DNA of 54,268 bases, taken from positions 1 through 54,268 of the IMG/VR virus record IMGVR_UViG_3300032884_000021. One strand, 5' to 3'. Below the pieces are notes generated by a model that saw only the letters and a program-made list of their open reading frames with translations, was not told the DNA's origin and searched no databases. This DNA comes from a virus. Its lineage: Duplodnaviria; Caudoviricetes. This document shows positions 17,622-26,717 of the stretch, piece after piece. Numbering within the stretch: position 1 is the first letter of the stretch; each line of letters begins with the position of its first letter. A program made the position numbers and the translations under genes.

Positions 17622-17990
17622 CTACGGTATCGTAATCGTCACTGAAATCCTGATCCCGCCAGGCGCACCCGGCAATGCTGGTAATATCACCTCATTGCTG
17701 TTTGGTGACTCACCCCGGATATTGACAGCACGGGCCACGTACTTCTTAGCACCCGGCGTCACGTCAATAACCACCGCCTGAGTGACGTTCCCCGCCACCT
17801 CTGCCACCTTAACCGGCGCCGCAGGCGCGGTCACGTCGTACACCCGGACAAACTGCCATGGGTCGGTTGCTTGATTGGGATTCGTATCCCACATAAACGT
17901 TACCGAGTCGGCAGCGTATGATGGCACGGATAGCGCCAATCCGGCAGCGATGATCAGCAGCAGGAATGCTTTCATTTTGATACGGTTCAT
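17622..17990 (-). CDS. Exported fibronectin type III-like protein
   Basis: Signal peptide KAFLLLIIAAGLALSVPSYA; VTFMWD...YVARAVN..GESPNSNEV FN3 pattern. Confidence 0.75.
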   Translation of the reverse strand: MNRIKMKAFLLLIIAAGLALSVPSYAADSVTFMWDTNPNQATDPWQFVRVYDVTAPAAPVKVAEVAGNVTQAVVIDVTPGAKKYVARAVNIRGESPNSNEVILPALPGAPGGIRISVTITIP

Positions 17991-18010
17991 TTATTCGGTC
18001 CTTTCGTCTG

Positions 18011-18466
18011 TTATGCAGTTTGGTTAAGGCCCAGGATACCCCAGGCTTCCTCAATCCAATTGACGCCGTGGCGGTCACCCAAGACGACGTTGATAAGTAG
18101 CCGAAGCACCGGGCCATCCACCGCTTCGACCAGCTTCCCGATTACCCCTGTAAAGGTAATTGCGTCATCAATTATTTCGACCGCCGCCTGCGCCAGCATG
18201 GCCCCTGATATCAACGTTCCCTCCGGCTGCCCTTTAAGCAGTTCAGCCCTGGCGACTTCCAACGAGGCCATCACGGTATTAAACACAGCGACAATATTCC
18301 TCCAGAAAGTAGGGATATCATTCCAGTTAAACTTCGCCAACTGCTTGACGGACAACCAAACCGCGCTGGCATTCAGTAGCCGGTTTGCCTCCGATTTGAG
18401 TTTGTACTTGTCGATGGTTATGCCGATAACGGCATTCCTGCTTGTCGATTGCGTCACTTTTACCAT
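18011..18466 (-). CDS. Hypothetical lysis-region protein
   Basis: AAGGAG RBS; amphipathic helical composition. Confidence 0.65.
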   Translation of the reverse strand: MVKVTQSTSRNAVIGITIDKYKLKSEANRLLNASAVWLSVKQLAKFNWNDIPTFWRNIVAVFNTVMASLEVARAELLKGQPEGTLISGAMLAQAAVEIIDDAITFTGVIGKLVEAVDGPVLRLLINVVLGDRHGVNWIEEAWGILGLNQTA

Positions 18467-18532
18467 AAATCTCCTTTGTTTATCAGTTATGATTACGTCA
18501 CAATTACGTTATTATTGCGTCCGGTTACACCA

Positions 18533-18763
18533 TTAATAAGCCGCAGGAGGCTTAGCATCAGGCGTTCCCGCAACGGGTGCCGTGTGGGTTGCGTTAAAGT
18601 CTTTGGCCAAGAGCAGCCCCAGCCCAAGCGTGATTTCCGGCATCATCCGGGCCACGTCCAGCGGTGTCCCTGCCTGGTACGCGGTGATCGCGTTGATGAT
18701 TACATTCAGCAGGGTCAACACCCCGAAAAGACTTGTTTTCCATGATCTCAGTGTTAGCGACAT
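18533..18763 (-). CDS. Putative holin
   Basis: SWKTSLFG start, two hydrophobic segments, AKD tail; RBS before ATG 18763 (track ORF extends to 18874). Confidence 0.6.
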   Translation of the reverse strand: MSLTLRSWKTSLFGVLTLLNVIINAITAYQAGTPLDVARMMPEITLGLGLLLAKDFNATHTAPVAGTPDAKPPAAY

Positions 18764-18874
18764 TATGGATTCCCTCTTCCTCTCTATCGGTTCCGATGGT
18801 TTATAATATGTCAGGTATGGCGTTGGCTTGAAAGCCCACGATTCACTGTAATTTGTGCCGTTTACGTTGTTCAT

Positions 18875-19567
18875 TTAGAATATCTTCCTTATGCCTTTCC
18901 CGATTTTCTTTAACCCGCCGCCGATCCACGCCAATGGCCGGGTCAACTTCTCCACCCGCCGTGCGGTCAACGCGCTGTCCTCCGCCGCCTGTTGCACGTG
19001 GAACATGGTCGCAGTGAGTTGCGGGGAGGTTGTCCGTGCCTCCAGCGCCTCAATGGCCCGCTTGGACGCCGCAAGGTTTTCATTAACCTCCTGGGTTAAT
19101 AATTCCCCGTGCACAGATATTTGCTCTACTGCGTCAATCGTGGCTTCCAAGGCACGATCCGTGTTATCGAGCGTGTTATGGATATCACCGGAAACTTCTT
19201 CAATAGCCACCAGAGCAGCGGGAACCAGTCGGCTATTGATATTTTCGGATGTATCTCGAATTGCATCGCGGGTGTCGTCCAAAAGTACGTTTGCCTTTTT
19301 CACGGTTCTTGCCAGGTCATCCCCGCTACGCAGTAATAACCCGACGCCGCGTCTCACCTGCGGATCGTCAAATTGAACCCGTGCCGCCCTGGAATACTCC
19401 TTCCACTCCGCCACCGCCGCCCGTGTCTCCATCAGGGCCTGCTCCGCTTGCAGGCTTGCCCGTATTATGGCTTCCTGCGCCGGGCCTATGGTGAGGTAAG
19501 CCTTGACGCCAATCGCACAAAGGATCGTCAGCAGGAGGCAGTGAAGCGCCTGTTTTACGCTATTCAT
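18875..19567 (-). CDS. Membrane-anchored coiled-coil protein, possible spanin-like
   Basis: N-terminal TM segment, long heptad region, basic amphipathic C-terminus; downstream of the endolysin. Confidence 0.5.
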   Translation of the reverse strand: MNSVKQALHCLLLTILCAIGVKAYLTIGPAQEAIIRASLQAEQALMETRAAVAEWKEYSRAARVQFDDPQVRRGVGLLLRSGDDLARTVKKANVLLDDTRDAIRDTSENINSRLVPAALVAIEEVSGDIHNTLDNTDRALEATIDAVEQISVHGELLTQEVNENLAASKRAIEALEARTTSPQLTATMFHVQQAAEDSALTARRVEKLTRPLAWIGGGLKKIGKGIRKIF

Positions 19568-19772
19568 CGGGCGGTGTCTCTTCCGGAGGAGGCTTTTTCT
19601 GCCTGAATTTCCCATCAATGGCCTGACGCATGATTGCATCGGTAGAAAACAGCTTTTCCATCACTTCCCGTTCCGTCATTCCGTTTCTAAGCATGGTATC
19701 AATGGCACGCCTAATTCCTTCCGACACGGCGGCCCCCACCATGTAGCGAAATACTTCTCCGTTGGCTTCCAT
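19560..19772 (-). CDS. Hypothetical protein
   Basis: TAATG coupling to the endolysin. Confidence 0.6.
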   Translation of the reverse strand: MEANGEVFRYMVGAAVSEGIRRAIDTMLRNGMTEREVMEKLFSTDAIMRQAIDGKFRQKKPPPEETPPDE

Positions 19773-20218
19773 TAAGCCTTCCTCTGAAAATGCGGACGGT
19801 CTCTAATGGTCTTATACCTGCCGCCCCAATCCAGTCCAACGCTCTCACCTATCGCGCCTATCTTCTCCCATAAAGCATTATCACTCCAAATAGCATCGCC
19901 ATTCTCCACAGGTACGGCGTCGTAGGCAATCCCCAGCACGTGCGGACATTCCGGCCCGTGACAATGGGTAACAATATTCCCCGGTCCAGTGTGCGCCCCG
20001 TGGCTCTCCCATTCCCGGATTTCCTCGGCTATCAGTTGCGCGACGCTATCGGGTAATTCATCGAGCAGGCGGCCATTCGCATACAACAGGGCCTGTTCCT
20101 TCTCGGTTCTCCGGGTGTTGTAGACTACCAGGGTAATATCCGCCGCCGCGCACGCCGCGATGTGGGCATTGCACATCCGGATCATGTTAGGTTCCAAGGT
20201 TGATATTAGGTGGCTCAT
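19772..20218 (-). CDS. Endolysin, peptidase M15 (L-Ala-D-Glu peptidase-like)
   Basis: RTEKEQALLYANGR, CPHVLGIAYD (SxH...AxD with S replaced by C), WGGRY..IRDRPHFQ. Confidence 0.88.
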   Translation of the reverse strand: MSHLISTLEPNMIRMCNAHIAACAAADITLVVYNTRRTEKEQALLYANGRLLDELPDSVAQLIAEEIREWESHGAHTGPGNIVTHCHGPECPHVLGIAYDAVPVENGDAIWSDNALWEKIGAIGESVGLDWGGRYKTIRDRPHFQRKA

Positions 20219-22209
20219 TTGCTTACGCCTCCCAGGAATAGCCGTTCTTTAAGTGCCGTTTTTCCCTCGCACGTTGGCCGCTGTGAAAAGCCTTCTTCCT
20301 TAACCATCAGCGCTGCCCGGCTGTAAACGTCGTGTACTTTCGCCTGGGTTCCTACGACCCGCAAACTCCGTAAAATCGCCCAGCTCCACGCCCCATTATA
20401 CCGCCCGCCAATATAGGCATCGGCGCTGGTTTGATCGTGCTGTGACCCAGCTAACAAGATGTGGTTCATACTTGCACAGGACATCCCGTAACCTTTCAAC
20501 TGTTTTAGGCCCAGCCGATTGACAGGCAGATCGGCGGATACTTTGCCAAGCGAGATCGGTGCATTCCGGAATTTGCTTTTATGCTGGAGTCCCGGAGGAT
20601 GAATACCGTTTCCATTCCTCGTCCCGGTCCCTGAAAAACAGTTATGAACAAATATTCCTTGCTTGACAGCAAAGTTATGATATTTTTCAACTGTAATGTC
20701 GTATACAGTCTCAATCCTACCCGTTTTTTCTACACTTACCACTTTGTGATTATTCTGGGCAATCATATCTTTAGCCCATTCTTTAAAAGGTGTGGTTTCT
20801 CTGGAAATAATCCCATGCCTTGTCAGTTTACCGTATTGACCCATTAGGCGTAGTGATTGCTTTCGATCCTCAGTTCTCAGTGATTGATAGAGTTTACTGC
20901 CAGGATCGAGAAATTGAATTCTTCTCTTTTCTTGAATTGCGGCCTTTATCTCTGGGTCTTTAGCGATGGTTCGCAGCCTTTCTATGTTCTCGGGACTCCT
21001 CACGATCTCATACAGATCTCCGCCTTGTTTTTGTCTGTTAGCTGTACTTTCTCTATTCGCCTCTGAATAATTGTAAGCCTTGAACTTTTCAGACAAACCA
21101 TCCCTCTCGAACCTGAGCAGCCCGGCCTCTACCCTTTGTTTCTTTTGAACTGGATCGTTCCATACCTTTGTCAATCGTTCTGATTGCTGATGCCGATACT
21201 CTTCTGATTTGCGCCATTTTCTAAACTCAGGGTCCGCCCATGTTTTATTCAAATTTCTGCGCCCAACCTCACCATGAGCATGGAGGTGTTGTTCCCATGT
21301 TAGAATGTCAAGGTTTTCAGGTCGGTTATCCCGCTTATCAAAGTTCTTGTGATGGGAGACTTTCCCGGATTCGTTTATGCCTAATAACCCCACGGCATCA
21401 CAAACTAATCGGTGTGTTTGCCTCCATCTCCCCCGGCCCCTCATATCTTTTGTCAGCTCGTATCCCTTTAAGTACCCCGCATCTCCTATTTTCCGGTAAA
21501 GAGGCATGAGCGATTCCCCGGGTATTAAGTCGATTGCTTTTTTATACGTCCCATCTCGCATCATTATTAAGTGGTTATCCGTACACTCAACAACCTCTCC
21601 ATTATCCAGTGTTACCTTTACAATCTCCGCCTCCCTTGTGGCTTTGGGATTGAATGCTTTGCCAGGAACAATTGCACCTTCCGGAGTGGATGAATATAGC
21701 CAATACTCACCGCCCTTGTCCGCCATTTCCTTAATCGTTATTTCGGTTCCATCCAGAAGTGGAATTATCGTATTGCCGGATAAACACGAGTCAAGGATAA
21801 CCGTCAGGTAATGGAGCTTAGATTTTAGTTTGAAAATATCCCGCAAAACGTTATCCGTCAGCGGGTCATCCCAGTAATCATCCACGTCGTAAGGGCATAT
21901 AATTTCCGACAGATGATCCCCATCCGACGCGTCTTCCGGTGCCGACCTTACTTGGCTCCCGTGACCGCTATAACTAAAGAACAATTCTGCCGGTTCATTC
22001 TTTTCGGCAATCCCCATAAGCCAGTGCAGGCCGTCGATAATATTATGCTTCGTGGCGAACTTGTTAATTAGCGTAACGTTTTTGTTCAGGGACCAACCTA
22101 TGCGTTGCAGATATTCCGACATATCCTCGACATCGTTTTCGCAGCCGAATAGGTCATTACCCGGCGTTTTATACGTGTTAATCCCAACAAGAAGAGCGTG
22201 TTTTTGCAT
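20215..22209 (-). CDS. Metacaspase (peptidase C14) precursor containing an intein
   Basis: ALLVGINTY, LFGCENDV, YSGHGSQ (catalytic His), ICPYD, ILDS|intein|CFSG (catalytic Cys), p10-like LLAGSQHDQTSADA...GAWSWA...QRP. Confidence 0.92.
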   Translation of the reverse strand: MQKHALLVGINTYKTPGNDLFGCENDVEDMSEYLQRIGWSLNKNVTLINKFATKHNIIDGLHWLMGIAEKNEPAELFFSYSGHGSQVRSAPEDASDGDHLSEIICPYDVDDYWDDPLTDNVLRDIFKLKSKLHYLTVILDSCLSGNTIIPLLDGTEITIKEMADKGGEYWLYSSTPEGAIVPGKAFNPKATREAEIVKVTLDNGEVVECTDNHLIMMRDGTYKKAIDLIPGESLMPLYRKIGDAGYLKGYELTKDMRGRGRWRQTHRLVCDAVGLLGINESGKVSHHKNFDKRDNRPENLDILTWEQHLHAHGEVGRRNLNKTWADPEFRKWRKSEEYRHQQSERLTKVWNDPVQKKQRVEAGLLRFERDGLSEKFKAYNYSEANRESTANRQKQGGDLYEIVRSPENIERLRTIAKDPEIKAAIQEKRRIQFLDPGSKLYQSLRTEDRKQSLRLMGQYGKLTRHGIISRETTPFKEWAKDMIAQNNHKVVSVEKTGRIETVYDITVEKYHNFAVKQGIFVHNCFSGTGTRNGNGIHPPGLQHKSKFRNAPISLGKVSADLPVNRLGLKQLKGYGMSCASMNHILLAGSQHDQTSADAYIGGRYNGAWSWAILRSLRVVGTQAKVHDVYSRAALMVKEEGFSQRPTCEGKTALKERLFLGGVSK
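20641..21786 (-). mobile_element. Intein (382 aa) with HNH homing endonuclease
   Basis: Block A CLSGNT, block B VECTDNH, HNH THRLV...HHKNFDKRDNRPENL, block F/G VYDITVEKYHNF...VHN followed by Cys+1. Confidence 0.93.
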
Positions 22210-22248
22210 GATAAAAATCCTTATAGCCTTATGCCTGTTGCCTTGCGC

Positions 22249-22806
22249 CTACGGTATCGCGGCATGAAACAATTTCATTATCAAGTACCCTAGCGCCGAA
22301 AAGACTACCGGCAGAATCCCCGCAATCCATTTAAAGGTGTGGACCGTGGACATCATTTCTTCTTTCGCCAAAAACAGTTCGTTTATCCTTTTGGCCAGTT
22401 CGGCGTTCGCGGCCTCGGCGTTTCGCATATTCACGAAGATGTTGTTGAGGTCTTTGGCGATCCGTTCCTGGTCCAGTTTGAAATCGTGAGTAATCTTTTC
22501 CCGCACCAACTTGAACTCGTTCAAGGCATCCTTGATCTCTCGAACGTCTTTCCAAACTTCATCCACTTCGGTTCTGAGTTGAGCGCGGGTAACGTCATTA
22601 ACCGCACTGGTTTGCACCAGTTTCGTGATTACCTCCGTAAGGTTGTCAATCGCGGTTTTCAAGGACTCATTCTGAGAATTGAAGGCGGCTCGCATCCCTC
22701 CGATATCATCGGTGATTTTTCCGATGGCCGCTTCCCGGTTCTTATAAATGATATCGTGCAAGTAACATTGCCCGTGGGCAATCGGCGGTTGACGTGGGTT
22801 AGCCAT
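22249..22806 (-). CDS. Coiled-coil protein with C-terminal TM helix (holin/XhlA-like position)
   Basis: Heptad repeats then WIAGILPVVFSALGYLIM; first gene of the lysis block; AAGGAG RBS. Confidence 0.6.
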   Translation of the reverse strand: MANPRQPPIAHGQCYLHDIIYKNREAAIGKITDDIGGMRAAFNSQNESLKTAIDNLTEVITKLVQTSAVNDVTRAQLRTEVDEVWKDVREIKDALNEFKLVREKITHDFKLDQERIAKDLNNIFVNMRNAEAANAELAKRINELFLAKEEMMSTVHTFKWIAGILPVVFSALGYLIMKLFHAAIP

Positions 22807-22819
22807 TCAGGCTCCTTTT

Positions 22820-25540
22820 TTACGGGGTAATCAGCCCGTGGGTTCTGAGTTTGGCCATGAGGTCGTTCAACTGGGTTTGCAGAGAGTTGATCATGGTGAC
22901 TTCGTTCGCTGAGTAGGTTGCGTCCGCGGTCCCGGTCACATCCGCTACCGCCGCTTGCCGGATTCCTACTACCTGAGTTCCGTTGATCTTCAGCACCCCC
23001 GCCGCCGCACGGATATCAACCAGATTGGTGTCGAGCCATAGGCCCTGTTGGACAGGCGTGGCGGTGCTATCGTAAGAGCCGATGATGTTGTAGTCGGTTC
23101 CTGCCGCCGTGACGCTGAACACCTTCAGGTTCAGCCTGGCTTTGTACGTGCCGCCGTCTATGAAATGAATCTGCGCCCCGGTGGCGAGTATGGCTCCGAG
23201 GTTATTGGCGGCTACTCTCCGGAACCCCATCGTTTTATCGTTCAAAAAGGAGTACGCCGGTTCGGTGCTGGTTCCATCGGTGGCGAGTAGTTGATTCGTG
23301 TCGAAAAAAGTATCCTGAAGAACGGCGTCGCTCCCCTCTGAGCGAATCACGTTGTAATTGGTTCCCGTCGTAGCCGCATAGTTACCACGTAAGTTGATCT
23401 GGGCGCGGTTGGTTATGTTTTGGAGTAGCAGTTCCGCATCCCCCACAGTGAACCCCAGGATGTTACCGGATAATCTGAACATTCCTATACCTAATGCATT
23501 GGCAAAAGTAAACATTGGTATAGCCGAGGTTCCATCCATCCCTGATATAACTTGATTAGCATTAAATGCTAATGACCCCAAGACACTTGTGGTCGCATAA
23601 TTCTTATACGCCATTATATTCGCTACGTTGTTACCGCTCATCTCCAAGCTAAGGACAGCCGTGGGACCTGTCCTCACTCTCATCGTATTTGCCGGAGCGT
23701 TTATAACCGTCGAGGGGCCGGTTGAGTCGTACCACATCCCCGCAGCGGTGCTGTTGGTGAAGGAATAACTGGGGGCAACGGCAGTGCCATTTGCTAAGCG
23801 TAGTAGGGTGGCATTGATCGTATCAACATTAAGAGCCGTGGCATCAATGTTTAAACCGGTGAGTACGCCATCTCTGTTTTCAGCCCGGATAGTAGGGTTC
23901 AACACGTTTACGCTTGAGGTTCCATTTCGTATGGTGAATCGGGGATGAGAGCTAGCAATATTATCAAAATAATACGCTGTATAAAGTGCCACTTGTAAGC
24001 CAAGTTTTCCCGCAGACATCCGGTACATGCCCATTTCAGGGTCATTTACAAAAGAATACGCTGGTAAATATATTGTTCCGTCAACGTTCATCTTTATTTG
24101 AGTAACGTCAAAAATAATGGGTTGAACTACGTTTACTGAACTAAGTGTTCGTATTATAGGAGTGTAGGCCCCTACAGTTGACGTGGAGTTCTGGAGTGTA
24201 AATCTTGGCTGATAAATTGTTGGGATATCAAACGTAAATTTTGTGCTCGAACTCCCAACAGAAATACCGAGCAGATTAGTTCCCCCTCTGTATATGCCCA
24301 TAGCGGGGTCACTTACGAAAGTATACGCCGGTGAAGAAACTAGCCCATCCGTAATCATCCTAATCGATGCTGCATCTATGGTGAGCGGCAATAGCGTTGT
24401 TGTATTTTGTGCGTCAACTCGGATAGACGGTGAAAGTGCCGTCGATGCTGTTCCGTACGTTCTTAAAATAATTCTTGGCTGGTAGTTTGTAGGGTTATCA
24501 AAGAAGATTATTCCAGAATATTGCCCTGGCGTAAATGCAAGGATTTTTACTCCTGCCCGATACATGCCCATAACAGGGTCACTCACGAAAGTATACGCCG
24601 GGCCACTAAACGCTCCATCCGTAATAATCCTAATCGATGCTGCATCTATGGTGAGCGGCAATAGCGTTGTTGTATTTTGTGCGTCAACTCGGATAGACGG
24701 TGAAAGCGTTTGAAGGGTCGTCCCTTGAGTTCTCAGAATAATTCTTGGCTGATAATTTACGGTACTATCGAATAGTACCGCTCCGGAGTTTATTCCTGGA
24801 GCGAAGCCGAGCGTCTTTGCGCCAAGCCGATACATACCCATAGTCGTCTCGCTTGCAAACGAATACGTTGGAGCAGCTAACGTGCCGTCAGTTAATCTAA
24901 GCGGGTCAGGAATCCCCGATCCAGTAGCGCACGCCCCCCACGTTGACCCTCCGGTAGAATTCGCAATCAAGCATTGGTTATTCGTTCCAGCCGTAGTCGG
25001 CAACGAATATTCCGTTGTTCCTCCGAAATTCAAGTAAACCTTGGAAGCTTGTAGCTTTAAATCTACTAGGGTTCCATCGAACGCCGCAGAACGAATCCAG
25101 TTTTGATACCCAGTACCGGAACCATCCGTACCCCTACGCAAACGTATTCCCCCATCTTGGCTATTGAACCCGCTAAAATCCACGTAGTTGTAATTTACAA
25201 TGCCGAAACCAGTCTTAGCTTGATGGACAACATACCCATCGGCATGTCTATACCACCCCACATAAGGATCGCTGGTGTAGGCCAAGGAAGGTTCCGTAAT
25301 CGCACCATCGGCTAAAAGCACCCTGTCGGTAACAACCGCAGAGGAACAGGCCGACCACGCCAACACGCCCGATCCGTCGTTCGTTAGGCACGATCCGGAT
25401 GAACCTTGCGCCGTCGGCCAAGTTACCGTATATTCACCGATGTTAATCTGCCGCCACTTTACCAATTGTTCCTGCGCGGGACAGCCAACGGTTCCGACCA
25501 AAAGTATCAGTAATACAACCTTTTTCCAGCTACTTTTCAT
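22820..25540 (-). CDS. Fibre-like repeat protein with N-terminal signal peptide
   Basis: WPTAQGSSG.CLTNDGSGVLAW fibre motif; about 8 DG...P.Y(S/T)F....G(M/I)YR repeats; C-terminal LNDLMAKLRTHGLI; starts MKSSWKKVVLLILLVGTVGC. Confidence 0.75.
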   Translation of the reverse strand: MKSSWKKVVLLILLVGTVGCPAQEQLVKWRQINIGEYTVTWPTAQGSSGSCLTNDGSGVLAWSACSSAVVTDRVLLADGAITEPSLAYTSDPYVGWYRHADGYVVHQAKTGFGIVNYNYVDFSGFNSQDGGIRLRRGTDGSGTGYQNWIRSAAFDGTLVDLKLQASKVYLNFGGTTEYSLPTTAGTNNQCLIANSTGGSTWGACATGSGIPDPLRLTDGTLAAPTYSFASETTMGMYRLGAKTLGFAPGINSGAVLFDSTVNYQPRIILRTQGTTLQTLSPSIRVDAQNTTTLLPLTIDAASIRIITDGAFSGPAYTFVSDPVMGMYRAGVKILAFTPGQYSGIIFFDNPTNYQPRIILRTYGTASTALSPSIRVDAQNTTTLLPLTIDAASIRMITDGLVSSPAYTFVSDPAMGIYRGGTNLLGISVGSSSTKFTFDIPTIYQPRFTLQNSTSTVGAYTPIIRTLSSVNVVQPIIFDVTQIKMNVDGTIYLPAYSFVNDPEMGMYRMSAGKLGLQVALYTAYYFDNIASSHPRFTIRNGTSSVNVLNPTIRAENRDGVLTGLNIDATALNVDTINATLLRLANGTAVAPSYSFTNSTAAGMWYDSTGPSTVINAPANTMRVRTGPTAVLSLEMSGNNVANIMAYKNYATTSVLGSLAFNANQVISGMDGTSAIPMFTFANALGIGMFRLSGNILGFTVGDAELLLQNITNRAQINLRGNYAATTGTNYNVIRSEGSDAVLQDTFFDTNQLLATDGTSTEPAYSFLNDKTMGFRRVAANNLGAILATGAQIHFIDGGTYKARLNLKVFSVTAAGTDYNIIGSYDSTATPVQQGLWLDTNLVDIRAAAGVLKINGTQVVGIRQAAVADVTGTADATYSANEVTMINSLQTQLNDLMAKLRTHGLITP
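24357..24706. repeat. 80-bp perfect direct repeat at 270-bp spacing (24357-24436, 24627-24706)
   Basis: Identical DNA encoding LSPSIRVDAQNTTTLLPLTIDAASIR. Confidence 0.9.
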
Positions 25541-25925
25541 TGGATACTCCTTCCTTGGGTTTGGCCCCCACTTCGCCGGTTTCCATATTAAGGGTGTCGT
25601 CCTTGCCGATATCGTACTTTTCGGAAATGGCCTTGAACTTGGCCTGCAATGCCGTTTCCAATTCCTTCATTTTCTTTTCCGCGATAGACGCTTGCATTTT
25701 CAGAGCGTCCACCTGGTGAATCAGATCGCGGATTTCCAGCAAATCAAGCCGGTCGATCTTCTTCGGCGCTTTCGTGGCATCCACCTTCGGAACATCTACT
25801 TTTATTGCGTCCACTTTCGGGGCTTCGGGTTTGGAGGCGGCCTGCGCAAAGGCGGGAACACAGGAAGCGATTGAAACCACCTCAGCAAACAACACAACCA
25901 GCAAACACAGATTCTTGAAATTCAT
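25530..25925 (-). CDS. Exported coiled-coil protein
   Basis: Signal-like N-terminus LCLLVVLFAEVVSIASCVPAFA; AAGGAG RBS. Confidence 0.65.
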   Translation of the reverse strand: MNFKNLCLLVVLFAEVVSIASCVPAFAQAASKPEAPKVDAIKVDVPKVDATKAPKKIDRLDLLEIRDLIHQVDALKMQASIAEKKMKELETALQAKFKAISEKYDIGKDDTLNMETGEVGAKPKEGVSNEK

Positions 25926-25934
25926 GCTTTCTCC

Positions 25935-26654
25935 TTAAATAGATCGAGTTTGGAATGAGAGATAAACTGTGTCACCAACTTCCGGGGCTGCATTAAACAC
26001 AACTACATTAACGGACCCCACACCTTCAGTAACCGTATAATGTGTATTGGGGTATTGAAGAACACCGTTCAGAAACACCAATAGGGAGGTGTAAACCACA
26101 GGATATCCGCAGGTGAATTCGGTGATAACCCCATCCACCTGATATCCGGAAAAGAGCGCCCGCAGGATATCCCCGCCTCCCCCGCCGCTACTTCCACTGA
26201 CAGCGGATACAATCGCAATCGTTCGCCGGTCATGGGTGGCAAAATCTCCCGTAAATTGCGCGTTCAGAGCGGTTACTTCCGCAATTGGGAAGCTACGAAC
26301 GGGAAAGCCTACGGTCGAAGAGGTCACGATAGCCGCATCCCAATCGTAGTAGACATAACTGGTGGCACTGTCGGGCAGGGCAATATACCCATCCGCCACC
26401 GTGCGGACTACGTTTCCGCCAACCACCCGGCCCCCGTGATACGCCCACTGCAAGCCCGACGTAGCTGATTTCCTTTCGGCAAAGGTATTGAGGGCCACCG
26501 GGCGAGGCCCCAGGGCGGTCTGGATTGCTTCAATCTCGTCATCTCGCGGGTTCAACGTGGCCGCCTTGATGTCGATCCCGGTTCCTGGCATGGCGGGGTT
26601 ATCATCGACCCAATCGGTGAAAGCCACTATGCTATCTGGGTATGAGACTGCCAT
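25935..26654 (-). CDS. Putative tail/fibre-associated protein
   Basis: SYPDSI...DEIEAIQTALG N-terminus; C-terminal VFLNGVLQ...YTV...FNAAPEVGD module typical of phage tail proteins. Confidence 0.65.
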   Translation of the reverse strand: MAVSYPDSIVAFTDWVDDNPAMPGTGIDIKAATLNPRDDEIEAIQTALGPRPVALNTFAERKSATSGLQWAYHGGRVVGGNVVRTVADGYIALPDSATSYVYYDWDAAIVTSSTVGFPVRSFPIAEVTALNAQFTGDFATHDRRTIAIVSAVSGSSGGGGGDILRALFSGYQVDGVITEFTCGYPVVYTSLLVFLNGVLQYPNTHYTVTEGVGSVNVVVFNAAPEVGDTVYLSFQTRSI

Positions 26655-26670
26655 TTTGTTCCCTTAAATG

Positions 26671-26691
26671 AAAAAGCCTCCCGAAGGAGGC
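26671..26691 (-). terminator. Intrinsic terminator
   Basis: GCCTCC-TTCG-GGAGGC-TTTTT on the minus strand. Confidence 0.85.
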
Positions 26692-26717
26692 CTTGGTTTT
26701 AGGCGATTCCGCTATTC

